From Pseudovirgaria hyperparasitica (taxonomy: Eukaryota), in the NCBI GenBank assembly GCA_010093815.1, contig ML996573.1: a DNA stretch of 64,000 nt. One strand, written 5' to 3'. Under the pieces are notes generated by a model. It saw only the letters and a list, made by a program, of their open reading frames with translations. It searched no databases and had not been told where the DNA came from. The position numbers and the translations under genes are program-made. Below are positions 48,740 to 61,065 of the stretch, piece after piece; within the stretch, counting starts at the first letter, position 1, and the number at the start of each line of letters is the position of its first letter.

Positions 48740-50803
48740 TCAATAAAGCTTGAACTCAACTAACCTCACCTTAACCCCATCCTTCGCTCTGAAGACCAGC
48801 CTCACCATATTCGCTGTCGCTACATTCCAACTCGCATTCGTAATCCCATTCGCCACTGCACTTGCATACTTCGCGCCACTAACATCCACCCAAGCACTCC
48901 CGTTGTACACCTGCACCTTATAGCTCGCAGGAACATCAAAACCCTGCGCGGTATCTACGAAGAACGCGATCTCCGTACGGGATGTCGACGTCGACGCGCC
49001 AAAATCAATCTGGTACCAGACATCCACGCCGTTACCGGCGGGTGAGTCCCAGCCATTTGCAGCGGTAGATTGCGGCCAGAACATGACTCGGCCGTCGATA
49101 GCGTCGTGTACGCGTGCAATATCGGCATTGGTGACAGATACGCTGCCAGAAGGGTAGCGAGTGCTGGACAGCGCCTGTATGCTCTTCGCAATGGGAGTGG
49201 AGTAATTGGGGAGTTTGTTGCGACTGACAGCGACAGTGAGCCGGGTTAGTGAGTTGGACGATGCGACGATACGGCCGTCAACTTCAACAACTAGGCCTTG
49301 CCGGCCATATCGCGACCCGGTCTTGTCCCATTGCACGGCGATGTCGTGGCCGTGGTATGCGATTGTGTCGGCTCGGAAAAAGGAGATTTGGGATGGGTCG
49401 GCGAGGGGGTTCACTTCCAGGACATCGTCTGCACGGGCGCGGATGCCAACAAGACCTGAGAGGATGTTATCGATATAGCCAGAGTGGAAGTAGTGATTTG
49501 AGCGATCAAGGCCGACGATGCGGTCGCCGGTGGCTGGGTCGTAATTCTCTTCGAGATTGAGGCCGCCTTGGACATTATTAGTGTGTAAGTTGGCGTATGT
49601 GATGAATGCCGAAGTGTAATCGGCGATGTTGATAGAGGAGCGAGTATTTGGGTAGTGGTCGAGGACATTGGCGAGAGCGGTCAGGACTTGGGTGAATTGA
49701 TATGGCCATACTGGACCATTCCACTGGCATTCACGACGGGTGCCTTCGTAACGGTATTGGCGCATATAGTATTGGTAACTCGGCTCAACTGTGCGCAGGC
49801 CATGCTCTCCTTTGAGCTCGTTGGTGTTTAACATGTGCTTCCATGCAGAAGCGTAAGTCGCATTGTCGTCAGGAAGATCGTAACCCCAAGGTGCGTAACC
49901 GACCAGCTCGCGACCGCGGATAAAGTTGTAGTACTTGACGTAGTCATTGTTCTGATAGGATCGGTCGACAAAATGCTGGAATTGAGAATTCCACAACTCT
50001 GACTGGACACGCTTTTTGAGGTTATCCGCGAGTCCGTTGTACTTATCGACTACGCTTTGACTATTGCCTTTCAATGTTGCGATCTGAGCGATAGCCCTTG
50101 CATTCGCATACTGATAGCTATTGATGCTAGGACGAAATGCCTGACCACCTCCAAAGCCATCCTGGCCGTTGCTTGCATCGATACTGTTGATGGTGTACTC
50201 GGTAGCCTTTCGAAGGTTAAAACGATGAACATTCACTACGACAAAGGAACTTACGTCACGTAATGGTTCAACCCAGTACAGTCCCTTTGACTGGTCCAGC
50301 GCATCGTTCCACGCATCCCACACATTCTGCATGTCTCCCAATCTTGCGATGGCAGCATCCACATTTCCATCGACCAGATATGTCTTCCAGATACTATCCG
50401 CCATCCATTCCGTATATTGTCTGGGATTACTCTGCGAGCTATACATGAAACGGGCATAGTCCTCTCTGAACCGCCGGTCTCTACACCAACGCCCCTCAGT
50501 CAGATGGAAGCCAGCTGCATCGTTCAATGAGCCCCATGGTCCGGTCTGCCACCCGACATCATCGAGAAACTCAGTCGAGATGAAACCCGTAGAGCCAGTA
50601 TCCCGTTGATGAGAACGGTATATTTGCCAGCGGTAGTAATACACGTCAGTGAGCTGTTTGTTGCTGGACTCAAAGAATGGAATGCGAGATAAGTACCAGG
50701 CTGCATCATTACCGAAGTATTGCTGCGATAATGCAGTTTTATCTAAAGCTGCAGAGGTAACGTGAAGTGCCGCCAGCAATGTGATACAGGAGTTTGCTTT
50801 CAT
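48740..50803 (-). CDS. Secreted six-hairpin (alpha/alpha)6 glycoside hydrolase (GH63/MGH1-like) with C-terminal discoidin/F5-8-like module
   Basis: Signal peptide MKANSCITLLAALHVTSA; VYYYRW, EGRWCRD, DATEYTI (intron 50254-50207), FRPSINSY, CQWNGPVWPYQ, EENYDP, HYFHSGY; C-terminal WYQIDFG beta-sandwich. Confidence 0.85.
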   Translation of the reverse strand: MKANSCITLLAALHVTSAALDKTALSQQYFGNDAAWYLSRIPFFESSNKQLTDVYYYRWQIYRSHQRDTGSTGFISTEFLDDVGWQTGPWGSLNDAAGFHLTEGRWCRDRRFREDYARFMYSSQSNPRQYTEWMADSIWKTYLVDGNVDAAIARLGDMQNVWDAWNDALDQSKGLYWVEPLRDVSSFVVVNVHRFNLRKATEYTINSIDASNGQDGFGGGQAFRPSINSYQYANARAIAQIATLKGNSQSVVDKYNGLADNLKKRVQSELWNSQFQHFVDRSYQNNDYVKYYNFIRGRELVGYAPWGYDLPDDNATYASAWKHMLNTNELKGEHGLRTVEPSYQYYMRQYRYEGTRRECQWNGPVWPYQFTQVLTALANVLDHYPNTRSSINIADYTSAFITYANLHTNNVQGGLNLEENYDPATGDRIVGLDRSNHYFHSGYIDNILSGLVGIRARADDVLEVNPLADPSQISFFRADTIAYHGHDIAVQWDKTGSRYGRQGLVVEVDGRIVASSNSLTRLTVAVSRNKLPNYSTPIAKSIQALSSTRYPSGSVSVTNADIARVHDAIDGRVMFWPQSTAANGWDSPAGNGVDVWYQIDFGASTSTSRTEIAFFVDTAQGFDVPASYKVQVYNGSAWVDVSGAKYASAVANGITNASWNVATANMVRLVFRAKDGVKVRLVEFKLY

Positions 50804-52375
50804 CGTGGATGACAACTGGGGTTAGGAAGGCTGGAAGTAAGGGATTAGAATCTTGCGAGGTTATGCTAGAGCTTAGTATACTTATAGACTCATATGCATC
50901 ATTTTTGGATTTGAAGAGGTTCTTCCGGATAGACGGGAGAGACACGTTTGACAACACCCGGAGCACCACCCACCGCCCAACAGCATTGACTGCACATTCG
51001 ACCTAATCCATGATCGGAGGGACATCATGAATAATGATTGGGTTTGCAGATCTATGAGATCGAAGCGAAGTTTGGCTAGTAAGGGTTCCCATGTGCTCCG
51101 GTGGGTTCCCGGTTAAGTTATGTCGGTCATATGATAATGACTTCCCCGGATCGTCTATTGACGGATCGTCATCTAAATAGCGCCAGGATTCCACATATTT
51201 CCCCACATTTAGAAGACTATCCGGGGAATCTATGGAGAACTCGTGGTGTGCATGCATTCCTTGCGCACACAGTCAAGACTTGTTCTTTGGTAACAACTTC
51301 TTCATCCTTTAGCCATCATTCAAGACGCCAATATGAACGGCTCAATTTGTGTATCGTTGCTCGGCCAATGTTACATCGTATTATGGTTAGCACTGGAGCA
51401 GGAGTCTTCTAAGGCACTCACCCTTTCAGACTTGCTCGCTTTGATACAATGAAAGTCTCATGGAACGGCGATTAGAAGCGAGCTGATTCTGCTAACTTCT
51501 AATACGATATTACATGAACTCGAAGGTCTTCACCTTTGTCAAGAATTAGGATATTGGCATGAGGTAGGAAGCGAATCTGGACTGTAGAGGCATTAAGCCG
51601 GGTACACTTTCGCACCACACCTAAATGCTTGGGGTTTCTGTAATACCCCTTCGATCTACTCAAGATCAGTGGAAGGTCATATTAGAGATATTCACGAGGT
51701 CAGACTATAGGATTTGTCAGTAGAACCTTTGCTGACCATCGAAAGGCTGAAACATTTCGTCCATCCCCTGCATCGAGGTGGGACCACCTCTGACAATCGA
51801 TAAACATGGACATGTTGGTGCTCCGTTCACTGGAAAGAGCTGACAACGGTGCATCCAGGCAATGCTCCTGATTGGACAGCCTTGTTCAGCAGAGGTCGTG
51901 CGCCTCTTGCCTCAATATATTTACGATTCACAGCCGCTGCATGATCCTGGCTATTGTGTTGAGCATTCGTCGTAACCATGCAACGATGGCTGAAGAGGGA
52001 AAGAATCAGCGGTTTCGCGCCAGAGGAATGTCGGATGGGCGATTGGGATGCTTGGATCGACGAACAAAGTGGATGCTGTGCCACAGACGAGGCTGTAGGA
52101 CGCTATGGTCTGTTCAGACATCAATCTCCTGAGGTAGATAAAGACTGCCCCGTAGCAGTCCGCTAGGCGTTCATGAACGGTAACGGATTTTTTTCGAGCC
52201 AATGCAAATCCCCTGCATATGAAAACCTGTCGAAGAACTACCGCAAGCTATCAAAACAGGATCTGCGACAGCAATAATACCAAACAACAGACCTCGAAAC
52301 TCTGTCCTCTCATCCGCTTGCTACGATAACAAGGGTCATATAGACCTAGATGTCGATTTGCTGTTAGAAATCGAA

Positions 52376-52753
52376 ATGAGCTCCACCCGACCTTCAATCG
52401 AGATGCCACACCTTATGACGGCCTTGTCGGAAGAGAAGAGGCGAGGGTCAAAGGGGACGACTCATGACGACCAAAACACAGAGCCCCAGGAACAGCAAAC
52501 TGTCGCCAATGCAGACACAAGCATGGGCAGCTCTAGCTACGAGAAGTCCCGGCACGGCAAGAACAAAGTCAAGGCCAGGGAAAGAGAGATATCTGCTGAA
52601 GACGGTGATGACGATGATGCCGATTCCGGTCTCATCAAGAATTTGTTTGGGAAGGGCAAAGCAATAAAACGAGTCGTAAAGGTTACAGGCAAAGGTGTAG
52701 GATATTGGGTGAAGAACAAGCTAGAAGATATGTGTTGCTGCTTCAATGATTAA
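52376..52753 (+). CDS. Small hypothetical protein ending in Cys cluster (MCCCFND)
   Basis: 125-aa ORF, hydrophilic, basic amphipathic C-terminus; no family recognised. Confidence 0.45.
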   Translation: MSSTRPSIEMPHLMTALSEEKRRGSKGTTHDDQNTEPQEQQTVANADTSMGSSSYEKSRHGKNKVKAREREISAEDGDDDDADSGLIKNLFGKGKAIKRVVKVTGKGVGYWVKNKLEDMCCCFND

Positions 52754-52951
52754 TGTATGATATGGGCTGGCAGCCCGTAGTGATCAGATATGTAGCTAGT
52801 TGTGATAAGAACAAATTGGCCATCCGGATGATAATTACTGTCCATCCATGTATGCGAACACTAGCGCGGTGCACGGCCCAGCTCAGCCCTAAATGTTCAC
52901 CTCGAACAGCATGAAGCTCGCTGGACTTTCAAATGCTATACGACCTTTGTC

Positions 52952-54579
52952 ATGGCTGAGATTGCAGCAGTCTCACCTGCTACGGTCGAGAGGAAAAGAA
53001 AGAACCTCGCAACTACAAATGATGGTTCAGCCTACAACAAGCGTCCGCGCCCAGATTTCCTATACACGCGCGAACCTCTCACCGACATAGCGCATCTTGG
53101 GCATCCGGAGCTTGAAGAGGAGGATGTACACGTGAAAGGTCCGGAGCGAAAAACGACACACTCGAGGAGCACTATTTTTGACCTACGAGACAGGACAACG
53201 AACGTAAACCGCGGAAAAGTCGATGCGGGTTCGGGCCAAAAGTTCAGCCTGCCTATTCCTGAAGGTGAAGGCAGCGCCTCCGACGAAGACACCGATGCAG
53301 TATGGAAGTACATGAGAGCTGTGAGGTAAGCTTTATTGCACCCGGTCATGATCGATATTTCTGTTTGACACGATATAGTTCCAATGTTGGTGGGACTACG
53401 TTTTAAACTAACATGTGCACTAGGTCTGAAGCTGCTCGACTCCCCAGCGTAAAACGCGCTCCCAATGCAACTCGGGTTGAAGATCAAGGTGACGAGTACA
53501 CGATAGATATCAACGATGAAGGGTACTTTGAGGATGGGGCGTTCGTTGCTGGCAAGCGAAAGCAATGGCAACCAGATCGCCTCGAAGGTGAAACCGACGA
53601 GGATTATCTCGAGGACAAATCAGAGGAAGAGGAAACTTCGATATCGCCACAAGAGGCATACTACGAAGACCTGAAAGTCAGATTCCTACAACACCGCGCG
53701 CTTCTCAGCACGACCCCTCCTCTACCACGTATCTCTGCTCTCAAAGCATCTCAGCCGATATGGATACCGGACCAGGGCCAATCGCTACAATGTCAGGCCA
53801 TTGTAGAAGAAAATGATCCTGTCCCTGCCCAGGTAGCTTCTATGAACATTGAGACTATCTTTAGACTGCTTAATATCGTCGCGAGATCGTTGGTCCCAGG
53901 AGGTAACATCACTAAGAGACAGAGCTTGTGGATCTGGAGCTTGCTGGCGCGTCTACCGGATGCTGGAGTTATGGATAACTGGAATGTACACCGATGGAGA
54001 CAGAACATTGGCAAAAGAGCTGTGATACTCCGGGCTGTGTATGATGAGCGGTGTCATCAATTGGCACGGAGATACCAGCTTTTGGACGAGAATATCGCAT
54101 GGGACGATGCAAACTTCAGTAACAGTGCTGAAGTGGACCAGGTGTCAGAGAGAACTACCGTTTCTGGTGATGCCATCAAAGAGGATTCATGTGGAACTGA
54201 AATGGTGCCGAAAGATGCTGTTGATGAAGACGAAGAGCAAGCTATGGACCTAGAGTCGTCTGACGAAGAAGGAGAAATCGACGAGCTAGCCGAAGCAAAA
54301 CAAGAATTACTACAAGCTCTGAGTGCATCCGAGGAGGCCACACAGTCGTTGCAAATGGAGAGCGAGAGCCTGGGAAAACAGGACACCGACAGTGAGCTCA
54401 AAGGCATGTCATCTACCTCTAAAAAGTCCGCGCCTGCCGAAGACGAGGAGCCATTTCCGAACCTTAACACACGCGTCACTCTCGACATGATGATCACAGT
54501 TATCGGTGATCTGTATGGCCAGCGAGATTTACTTGAATGTCGAGCGGACTGGGACGAAGACGAAGAATCGTGTGTATGA
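52952..54579 (+). CDS. Gemin2/SIP1 (Brr1-like) SMN-interacting snRNP assembly protein
   Basis: YMRAVRSEAARLP across intron 53326-53423; PQEAYY, WIWSLLARLPD, TLDMMITVIGDLYGQRDLL. Confidence 0.8.
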
Positions 54580-54923
54580 TTTAATGCAGATACCCTCGAC
54601 GACGTAAACGATGTATTAGCAACATTTCATTTGAAGCAGAGCTTGACCTTCTATGTTAGTGCAACGTTATGAGTCTATTCATACAACGATGTTGGTTCTC
54701 GAACGTCCACTTCGCCACATTATCAGACATGCAAAATATGTTTGCAATCATTCACACGTTCGCAAGCCACCGCAAAACATCGTACCCCACACCATATCTA
54801 TCCCTTGAACAAGGGCAGATCAATCTTCCAGATCTGCAAATCATCGTATCTGTTCTCTGTTGCCCATCAAGACAAAGTGAACGTAGTACTCTCAAGCGGC
54901 ACGGAGCAAGAGCAGCGCCCTGT

Positions 54924-56766
54924 TCAAGCATCAGGAACATCACTCTCTAAGATCCAATTTTCTCTCGGAATCTCTACTTCTACCGCAGTCCGACCCTTGC
55001 GCGGTGGTGTCTCAGCCACAATTCCCACATTACGGAGTGCTTCTTTGCGTTTGCGATTTGCATCGCGGATAGCTGAAGGAGACTTGGTGAACTTTGAGAT
55101 CCTGGCGATGGGGCGGGGAGCCTGAGCCCGTGGAACGCAGAGAGCGTTTGCTTGAGTGCAGCGGAGGCAGGACATTGTCGTGGCTGACCCTGACAGTCCG
55201 GATAATACAGACGGGCGCTGGCATCGCACGTGACGATTATGGCAGCGCTGACATGCAGCTTGGTGCTTTTGGGAGGTGTTACATGCTGGAGTCGGTGCAA
55301 AGATGTTTTCGGGGTCTCCCGCTGTGACGGTGCCCGTGAACGCCAAAGTTTCTGCCATTGGACTTCCAGAAGGCCTAGATTCGATAGCAACGTGGCTGAG
55401 GATTCGACGAAAGGTCTGAGGCTTGGTATGATGCAAAACTGGAGACTGGCTCACTTCTTCTTGTTGATCGCCCAACATGGATGCTCCGATATCCTCGAGG
55501 CTCGCACTCAGGGCTTGCCCAGAAGGCTTCTTCGGGGGAGGAGGGTCACAGGGAGATGAGTCGCGCCTAACACTGGCTCCAGTAGATGGTTTATATCTAA
55601 TTGAGACACCATACGGCTTGAATATGGAGCTAGTTAAGGGGTCAAGACCTTGTTGAGCGTTAGCTGTGGAGTTTCATCATACACGTGCGAAGTTTACCTT
55701 GTCCGGCACGCCAGTTCATGAAACCTGGACTGCCTATGAGGTCTGCGATTGTGGTGGTGTTACGAGTTGCTCCAGAACCTATTTTCGTACGAGCTATTTG
55801 CGTTTGCAGTCCTTCAGCTTTTTCCGTCTGGATTGATTCCCGCTGGCCAAAGCTATTCTGTGCCGCGTTACTGAGTGGTGTAGACGATGTATTTATACGA
55901 GTATCTTCCAATATGGTGGTTTGATCAGAAACACTTGACAGGATATCATCGGTCTCGCTGTCAGTAATGGTCAATTCAAGAGACCCAATGGGCTCTACCG
56001 AGAGACGCTCAATAAATCGATTAAGAGATTTATGGCCACTTGTTCGAGCAGCGTTGATCCCACCGGTATTATCACGTTCGTCGGTATTTATGTATTGATC
56101 ATGCTGTGAGGCATTTGAGTTGACTGGTCTAAAGGGATCGTCTTCATGATCTGTGGATGTATTATAGCTCGAGGGCAGCTGTGTGAGCTGGGCGTGACTA
56201 TGGCCTATGTTTGTTCGATCAATTACTAGGATATACTTGAAAAACAACCTACTGTGCGCTTCATATGTCGGGAAAGTGTGACTGGCTCGCCCTGTGTTTG
56301 ATTCTGCCCGCGCCCTGAAGCCACGAGATTCTCTCGCGGTTGAATAATTCTGTTTCGGGTGGAAGCCCTCATGCCTTTCAAGTATTGGGGTATTTTCTCC
56401 AATAAGGGTTCCTGGAGACACAATTTCTAGATCGCTGGCCTCCCAGGAGTCCGGTACCGGGGTAAAGTGGCGCGAGCTCGACGCGTCTGAGGCTTTGGTG
56501 TCCTCAAACATCGGGACAATGGATCTTGATTGAAGGCTTACTGCTGATGTGGTGTATCTTGGATCTATGCTGCGAGACTGTCTCTTATTCGTAGAGCACA
56601 CCCCTGACGCCGAACTCAATCGCTGAAGCAGTCTAGCCTTTGCCTCAGGGCCGTAGCGCTGAGCGAAGCTTTCAAACTGTACCGCCAGGTCATCAGAATC
56701 ACGAAAGTATGTGCTGAGCTTGCCTGGTAGGGGAGGCGGGGCCATGGAGCCGCGATCGAGCACCAT
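54924..56766 (-). CDS. Protein with C-terminal Zn(II)2Cys6-like cluster
   Basis: ORFs 55660-56895 and 54924-55478 join in frame via intron 55697-55649 (GTAAAC..GCTAAC..AAG). ACQRCHNRHVRC-X17-CLRCTQANALC near the C-terminus. Start uncertain (56766 or 56745). Confidence 0.7.
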
Positions 56767-57381
56767 CGAAATATAGTGAATCGGAAGGAGGCGCCGGTGG
56801 AAGAAAACAGAATACAGAGATTTGTGGTTGTAAAAGGCTTTTACGACGCGTACTCTCGACCAACTACTACACGTGATTGAATTCGTAAAATCCAATCTGG
56901 TGCCCGGGCCTTAGCGCTATGGGAAAGTGAATGAGACTTGTTGTGTCGGGTTATTAAGTGTTCATTTGGACTCGGCCGTTCTATGGTATGACAGAAACAA
57001 ATCGGTTTACGAGATCTGTTTGCCACGAGGCTGCTCGCAATTCCATATCCTGATTGCAGTCAAAGCTCAACGCACGAAAACTACACATCGGCGTGCCCTA
57101 TGGTGGTTATTCTGGAAGTCTACGCTCTAGATTGGAAAGTGTGACGCCACACATGAGCGGGTAGGAATGTCGTGCATCGTTATCACTTCATGCCTGATCT
57201 GAACGAGTTTTGAAGCATATCAGCATCTTAAATACACTCACCACTACCAGGATGACCGTGAATCTGTCCAGATTCCCAGCGCCATGCTTCAAAAACACAT
57301 ATTTACAATGCACGTATGCATACCCTGCAAGCCTCCATAGTTATACAACGAGTCGTTAAGATCTCTTCAATCTTCATGTCA

Positions 57382-57880
57382 TCACGCCGTTTCTTGTGCA
57401 CGCTGCCACCGTACGTGCTGTTGGGGCATTATAAGTGGTCGTTGGTAAGCTCTTGCGAAAGCTCGATTAGCTTGCAAGGACGAGTCTGTTCGAATAACGG
57501 ATCCTATTGACATGAAGAAGCTTTTCGAAGAGTCAGCCCGGTCCATGTGAGCGGAGGGATTCAGTACCCAAACGTGGCTCCAGATCCAACCATGTATTGT
57601 CCCAATGTTCTTAGCATTCCGTTCGGACCAGGTCCAAATCGAATTATGTTGGTTGCACCAAAGATAAAGCCAATGATCAATCCGACAGCTATAATCCATG
57701 TCAGGAATTACAGAGGATATGCGCTCGCAATTGAGTACGTACAACCCCCCATCATGCCTCCCATCTTCACTGCGCGAAGTTAGCTCAGCAAGTGAATAGC
57801 TAGCGAGCTCATCGATTCCTACGTTTATCGAATGTTGACGGCCCTGCTTGCCCGCCTGCGTTCGATGGCATTGGAGGCAT
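57382..57880 (-). CDS. MGR2: Mitochondrial TIM23-complex subunit Mgr2 (Romo1 family)
   Basis: Four exons give PSTFDKLKMGGMMGGSVGLIIGFIFG...[37 protein letters not shown]. Confidence 0.93.
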
Positions 57881-58758
57881 GGCGGCGGTTGATAGTTGAT
57901 GAGACTCAATGTCAGTCTGGAACAAAAGGGACAACAAAGTTTATGGATCCAAGATGCGGCGACGCAGAGTAAATGCGGGCTGAAGCTTTGACATCGCGCT
58001 TAAAGCTTCCAGCATAGGCTACATCAGACGACGCTATGCCTGAGCTGGACAGACTGCACGTGATATATACCTGCAAGCACGAGTTTCGAACAACAAAGTT
58101 TGTGAGAGTGGTGCATTCACAACATGCGCAGTCATACCAAAAAATCTATAGCAACTCGACTTCACTTGAATTCCCACAACAAGGCCAGGTCGTTGTGAAA
58201 ACTCGCGTCCATCCGCTCAGGCGTCTCTGTAACGTCTTGACAGGTGACTGGCGCTTCACTTTAGCCGCTCAGCGTTAGCGAGCCCGACTCCTCAGACCGA
58301 CCAGGCCAACATATCTCATTCCTAACTTTCTCGCCATAATCCCTCCTCTATCCGCATCGACATCCTCACTCTCCCCTACATCCGTCGGTATTTGCTTCGA
58401 TTCTATAGCTGACACTGTGTGTCCTGCCTTCACCTAGGCTGCGTTGTCTACATCCTCGTCGCGCTACAAGGCACTGACGTCGCACCTGGCTGACACGGGA
58501 CAGCACACGACCGTCTCGTCCACGGCGACCTACTTCCTCCGATACAAAAAAAAACTTAGTCGCATATTAATATCCTGTACTCGCTTTGGTCTATGGTAGA
58601 ACGACGGCATCGCTTTCGCTTGTCGACGTTGTTATTGCTTGATTTAAGGGGCGTCGTGTCGACGATACACACCAAGCGACGGTGCTAAACGAGGGCTCGA
58701 GGCACCTGTACAGTCCCGAATATACCTTTAAGAGCCGTCGTAGTTGCCAGTCTTGCAG

Positions 58759-61065
58759 ATGACTGCAGTTGCTCCTCCGCCAAATTTCCAGCCCATTTCC
58801 CGAACAGGATGGAGCGCCTCTAACAACTCGAATGGAGTAAACCCTGACGACGTGTCGAGGATGTTTATGCCCCCGGGTGGAACTCGTCGAGGCGTTCAGC
58901 GCACGCCTTCATCATCCTCTATATCATCCACTGCATCCAATGGAACCATCACCTCAACCTCCCTAACGACTAATGGCATATCACAATCCCCGGCTACCGA
59001 AGGTCAGAACTGGACAGCAAAGAAGAAACCTACCCGAGGCCTTTGGCCCGCGTCAGAAGCAAAGCCAGTGGCAGGACTGTCAACAGCGCGTCCACAGCCG
59101 ATTGCTTCTGCTTCATCCGGTCCGTCTGCAGCCTCCGCGATGAATGCGCTTCATTCTCCATCTCCACACATGCTACCCTCACAAACCAATGGGCAGTCAC
59201 AAGTTCAGACAAATGGGCAGCCGAGAACTTCTCTACAACCTGAAAATACCGCGGTACTATATCTCATTCCCATGAACGGTACTTTTGAACGGAAAACAAT
59301 CACAGTACCGTTTTTCCCCGAGGTTTTAAAAATTGGTCGCCAAACGAATCAAAAGACACAACCCACTCCTTTGAATGGATATTTTGACTCGAAAGTGCTG
59401 TCAAGACAGCATGCTGAAATATGGGCTGAAAGAACCGGCAAGGTCTGGATAAGAGACGTGAAATCTTCCAACGGTACATTTGTCAATGGACAAAGACTGT
59501 CTCCAGAAAACAGAGACTCAGAGCCACAAGAACTTCGAGAACAGGACATGTTGGAGCTGGGTATTGATATTGTTAGTGAAGACCAGAAAACGATTGTTCA
59601 CCATAAAGTGGCTGCCCGTGTTGAACATGCTGGCTTTTATAACACAAACGGTCAGAACATGCTGGATCTCAATTTCGGAGATCTGGATTCTCCCAATGCC
59701 AATGGGCTTATGGGAGCAGGTTTCGGGCAGAACATGGGTCCAATGCGCTCGCGACAAGGCAGTCAAGGAACCATTGGCAGCGCAAGGCTTGGTTCTGCAG
59801 CCAACAGTATGGCGAACAACAACATGGGCGCTATGGGTCAACAGCGCCAAAACACTTTCTGGCTACAGCCTATCTCCATGGAACAAGTCGTCAAAAAATT
59901 AAACGTAAGTCAAGGTGTACGACGCCAAGATATGAGTCTCCTAACCCCTTATCAGGCCGAACTCAAGCTTGCAAAGCAACAAACACAAGATCTACAGCGA
60001 GCATCCCACTCTATCGAAACCATGCTGACCACCGAGCCGAAAAAAGAAGCAATCAAGTCTCCCCAAGCTTCGCATAATCCCCTCATGAAGCCCTCCCCCG
60101 TCAAAGGGGACATCAAGGCACGCTTTTCAGATCCACCTGCACCACCACCACAGCAACCGCTCCCGGAGAAGCCTGATGCGGCGAGCTATATTCCTTCCTT
60201 CCGGAGGACTGACACAGAGAAACCGAAAAGCTCAAACAGCTCACCAAGCCGGTCTGGGCGTTTCGAAAATTTCTCACCCATCAGTTCGTTGGTTGATCCA
60301 CAAAGCGCTGCTTTAGCCGAGGCATTGGCCGCCGCAAAAAAGGATCTGGAAGCGCAGAACATTAAGTTGAAGGAATTGGAACAGATCATTGAACAAGAGA
60401 AGCGTGCCAGGGAAGCGGCTGAAGAAAAAGCTCTTCGTCTTGAAGCCGAACAAAGGAAGGAACTCCTATCACAGCATGGCTCTGTGGCGACGTCTGAGAT
60501 ACCGGTCAGGATTGCGGACGACGCGCAAGACGACGAAACCCTAGTTGACACTGAGTCCGCGAAGGCATCTATGAGCTCCTCTCCGATTGAACCAATTGAC
60601 CACACCGATGCTCTGCAAAAGCGACTTGACTCTATGGTTATTGAAATGTCGGAAGTTCGCCAGCAAATGGAAAGATACCGCCAACGCGCTGAGGCTGCAG
60701 AAGCCGAGAGCACGAGAGATCGCGATACACTCGCCGAAATGGTTGACAAGCTCCGGGATCAACAGAAGAGCAAGGGCGGTGTTATGATGAAACGACTACG
60801 GAAGACACAGTCAAGCAGCAAAGAGAAGACCGAAAGCGGGGAAGCGAACGGCCATGTTGCTGGCACCACACCCGCGAGCGAAGTTCAGAGAGCAGAAGAG
60901 CTCGCACAAGAATTCAGTGAAGCCCTTCAGCAACTTATGGCACAGGACTCGAGGCGAGACGAAATTATGGTTCATAAAGCCCCAGTCGCAAGTATGGTCA
61001 GTATCGTGTTGATCGGCGTTGGGCTCATGGCTTGGCTTAATAGCTGGCCGAAGATTGAGCGTTGA
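58759..61065 (+). CDS. VPS64: FHA-domain, coiled-coil, tail-anchored protein Vps64/Far9 (SLMAP/STRIPAK)
   Basis: LKIGRQTNQKT.PTPLNGYFDSKVLSRQHAEIW, IRDVKSSNGTFVNG, ELGIDIVSEDQKTIVHHKVAARVE; C-terminal TM ASMVSIVLIGVGLMAWLNSW; intron 59905-59955. Confidence 0.93.
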   Translation: MTAVAPPPNFQPISRTGWSASNNSNGVNPDDVSRMFMPPGGTRRGVQRTPSSSSISSTASNGTITSTSLTTNGISQSPATEGQNWTAKKKPTRGLWPASEAKPVAGLSTARPQPIASASSGPSAASAMNALHSPSPHMLPSQTNGQSQVQTNGQPRTSLQPENTAVLYLIPMNGTFERKTITVPFFPEVLKIGRQTNQKTQPTPLNGYFDSKVLSRQHAEIWAERTGKVWIRDVKSSNGTFVNGQRLSPENRDSEPQELREQDMLELGIDIVSEDQKTIVHHKVAARVEHAGFYNTNGQNMLDLNFGDLDSPNANGLMGAGFGQNMGPMRSRQGSQGTIGSARLGSAANSMANNNMGAMGQQRQNTFWLQPISMEQVVKKLNVSQGVRRQDMSLLTPYQAELKLAKQQTQDLQRASHSIETMLTTEPKKEAIKSPQASHNPLMKPSPVKGDIKARFSDPPAPPPQQPLPEKPDAASYIPSFRRTDTEKPKSSNSSPSRSGRFENFSPISSLVDPQSAALAEALAAAKKDLEAQNIKLKELEQIIEQEKRAREAAEEKALRLEAEQRKELLSQHGSVATSEIPVRIADDAQDDETLVDTESAKASMSSSPIEPIDHTDALQKRLDSMVIEMSEVRQQMERYRQRAEAAEAESTRDRDTLAEMVDKLRDQQKSKGGVMMKRLRKTQSSSKEKTESGEANGHVAGTTPASEVQRAEELAQEFSEALQQLMAQDSRRDEIMVHKAPVASMVSIVLIGVGLMAWLNSWPKIER

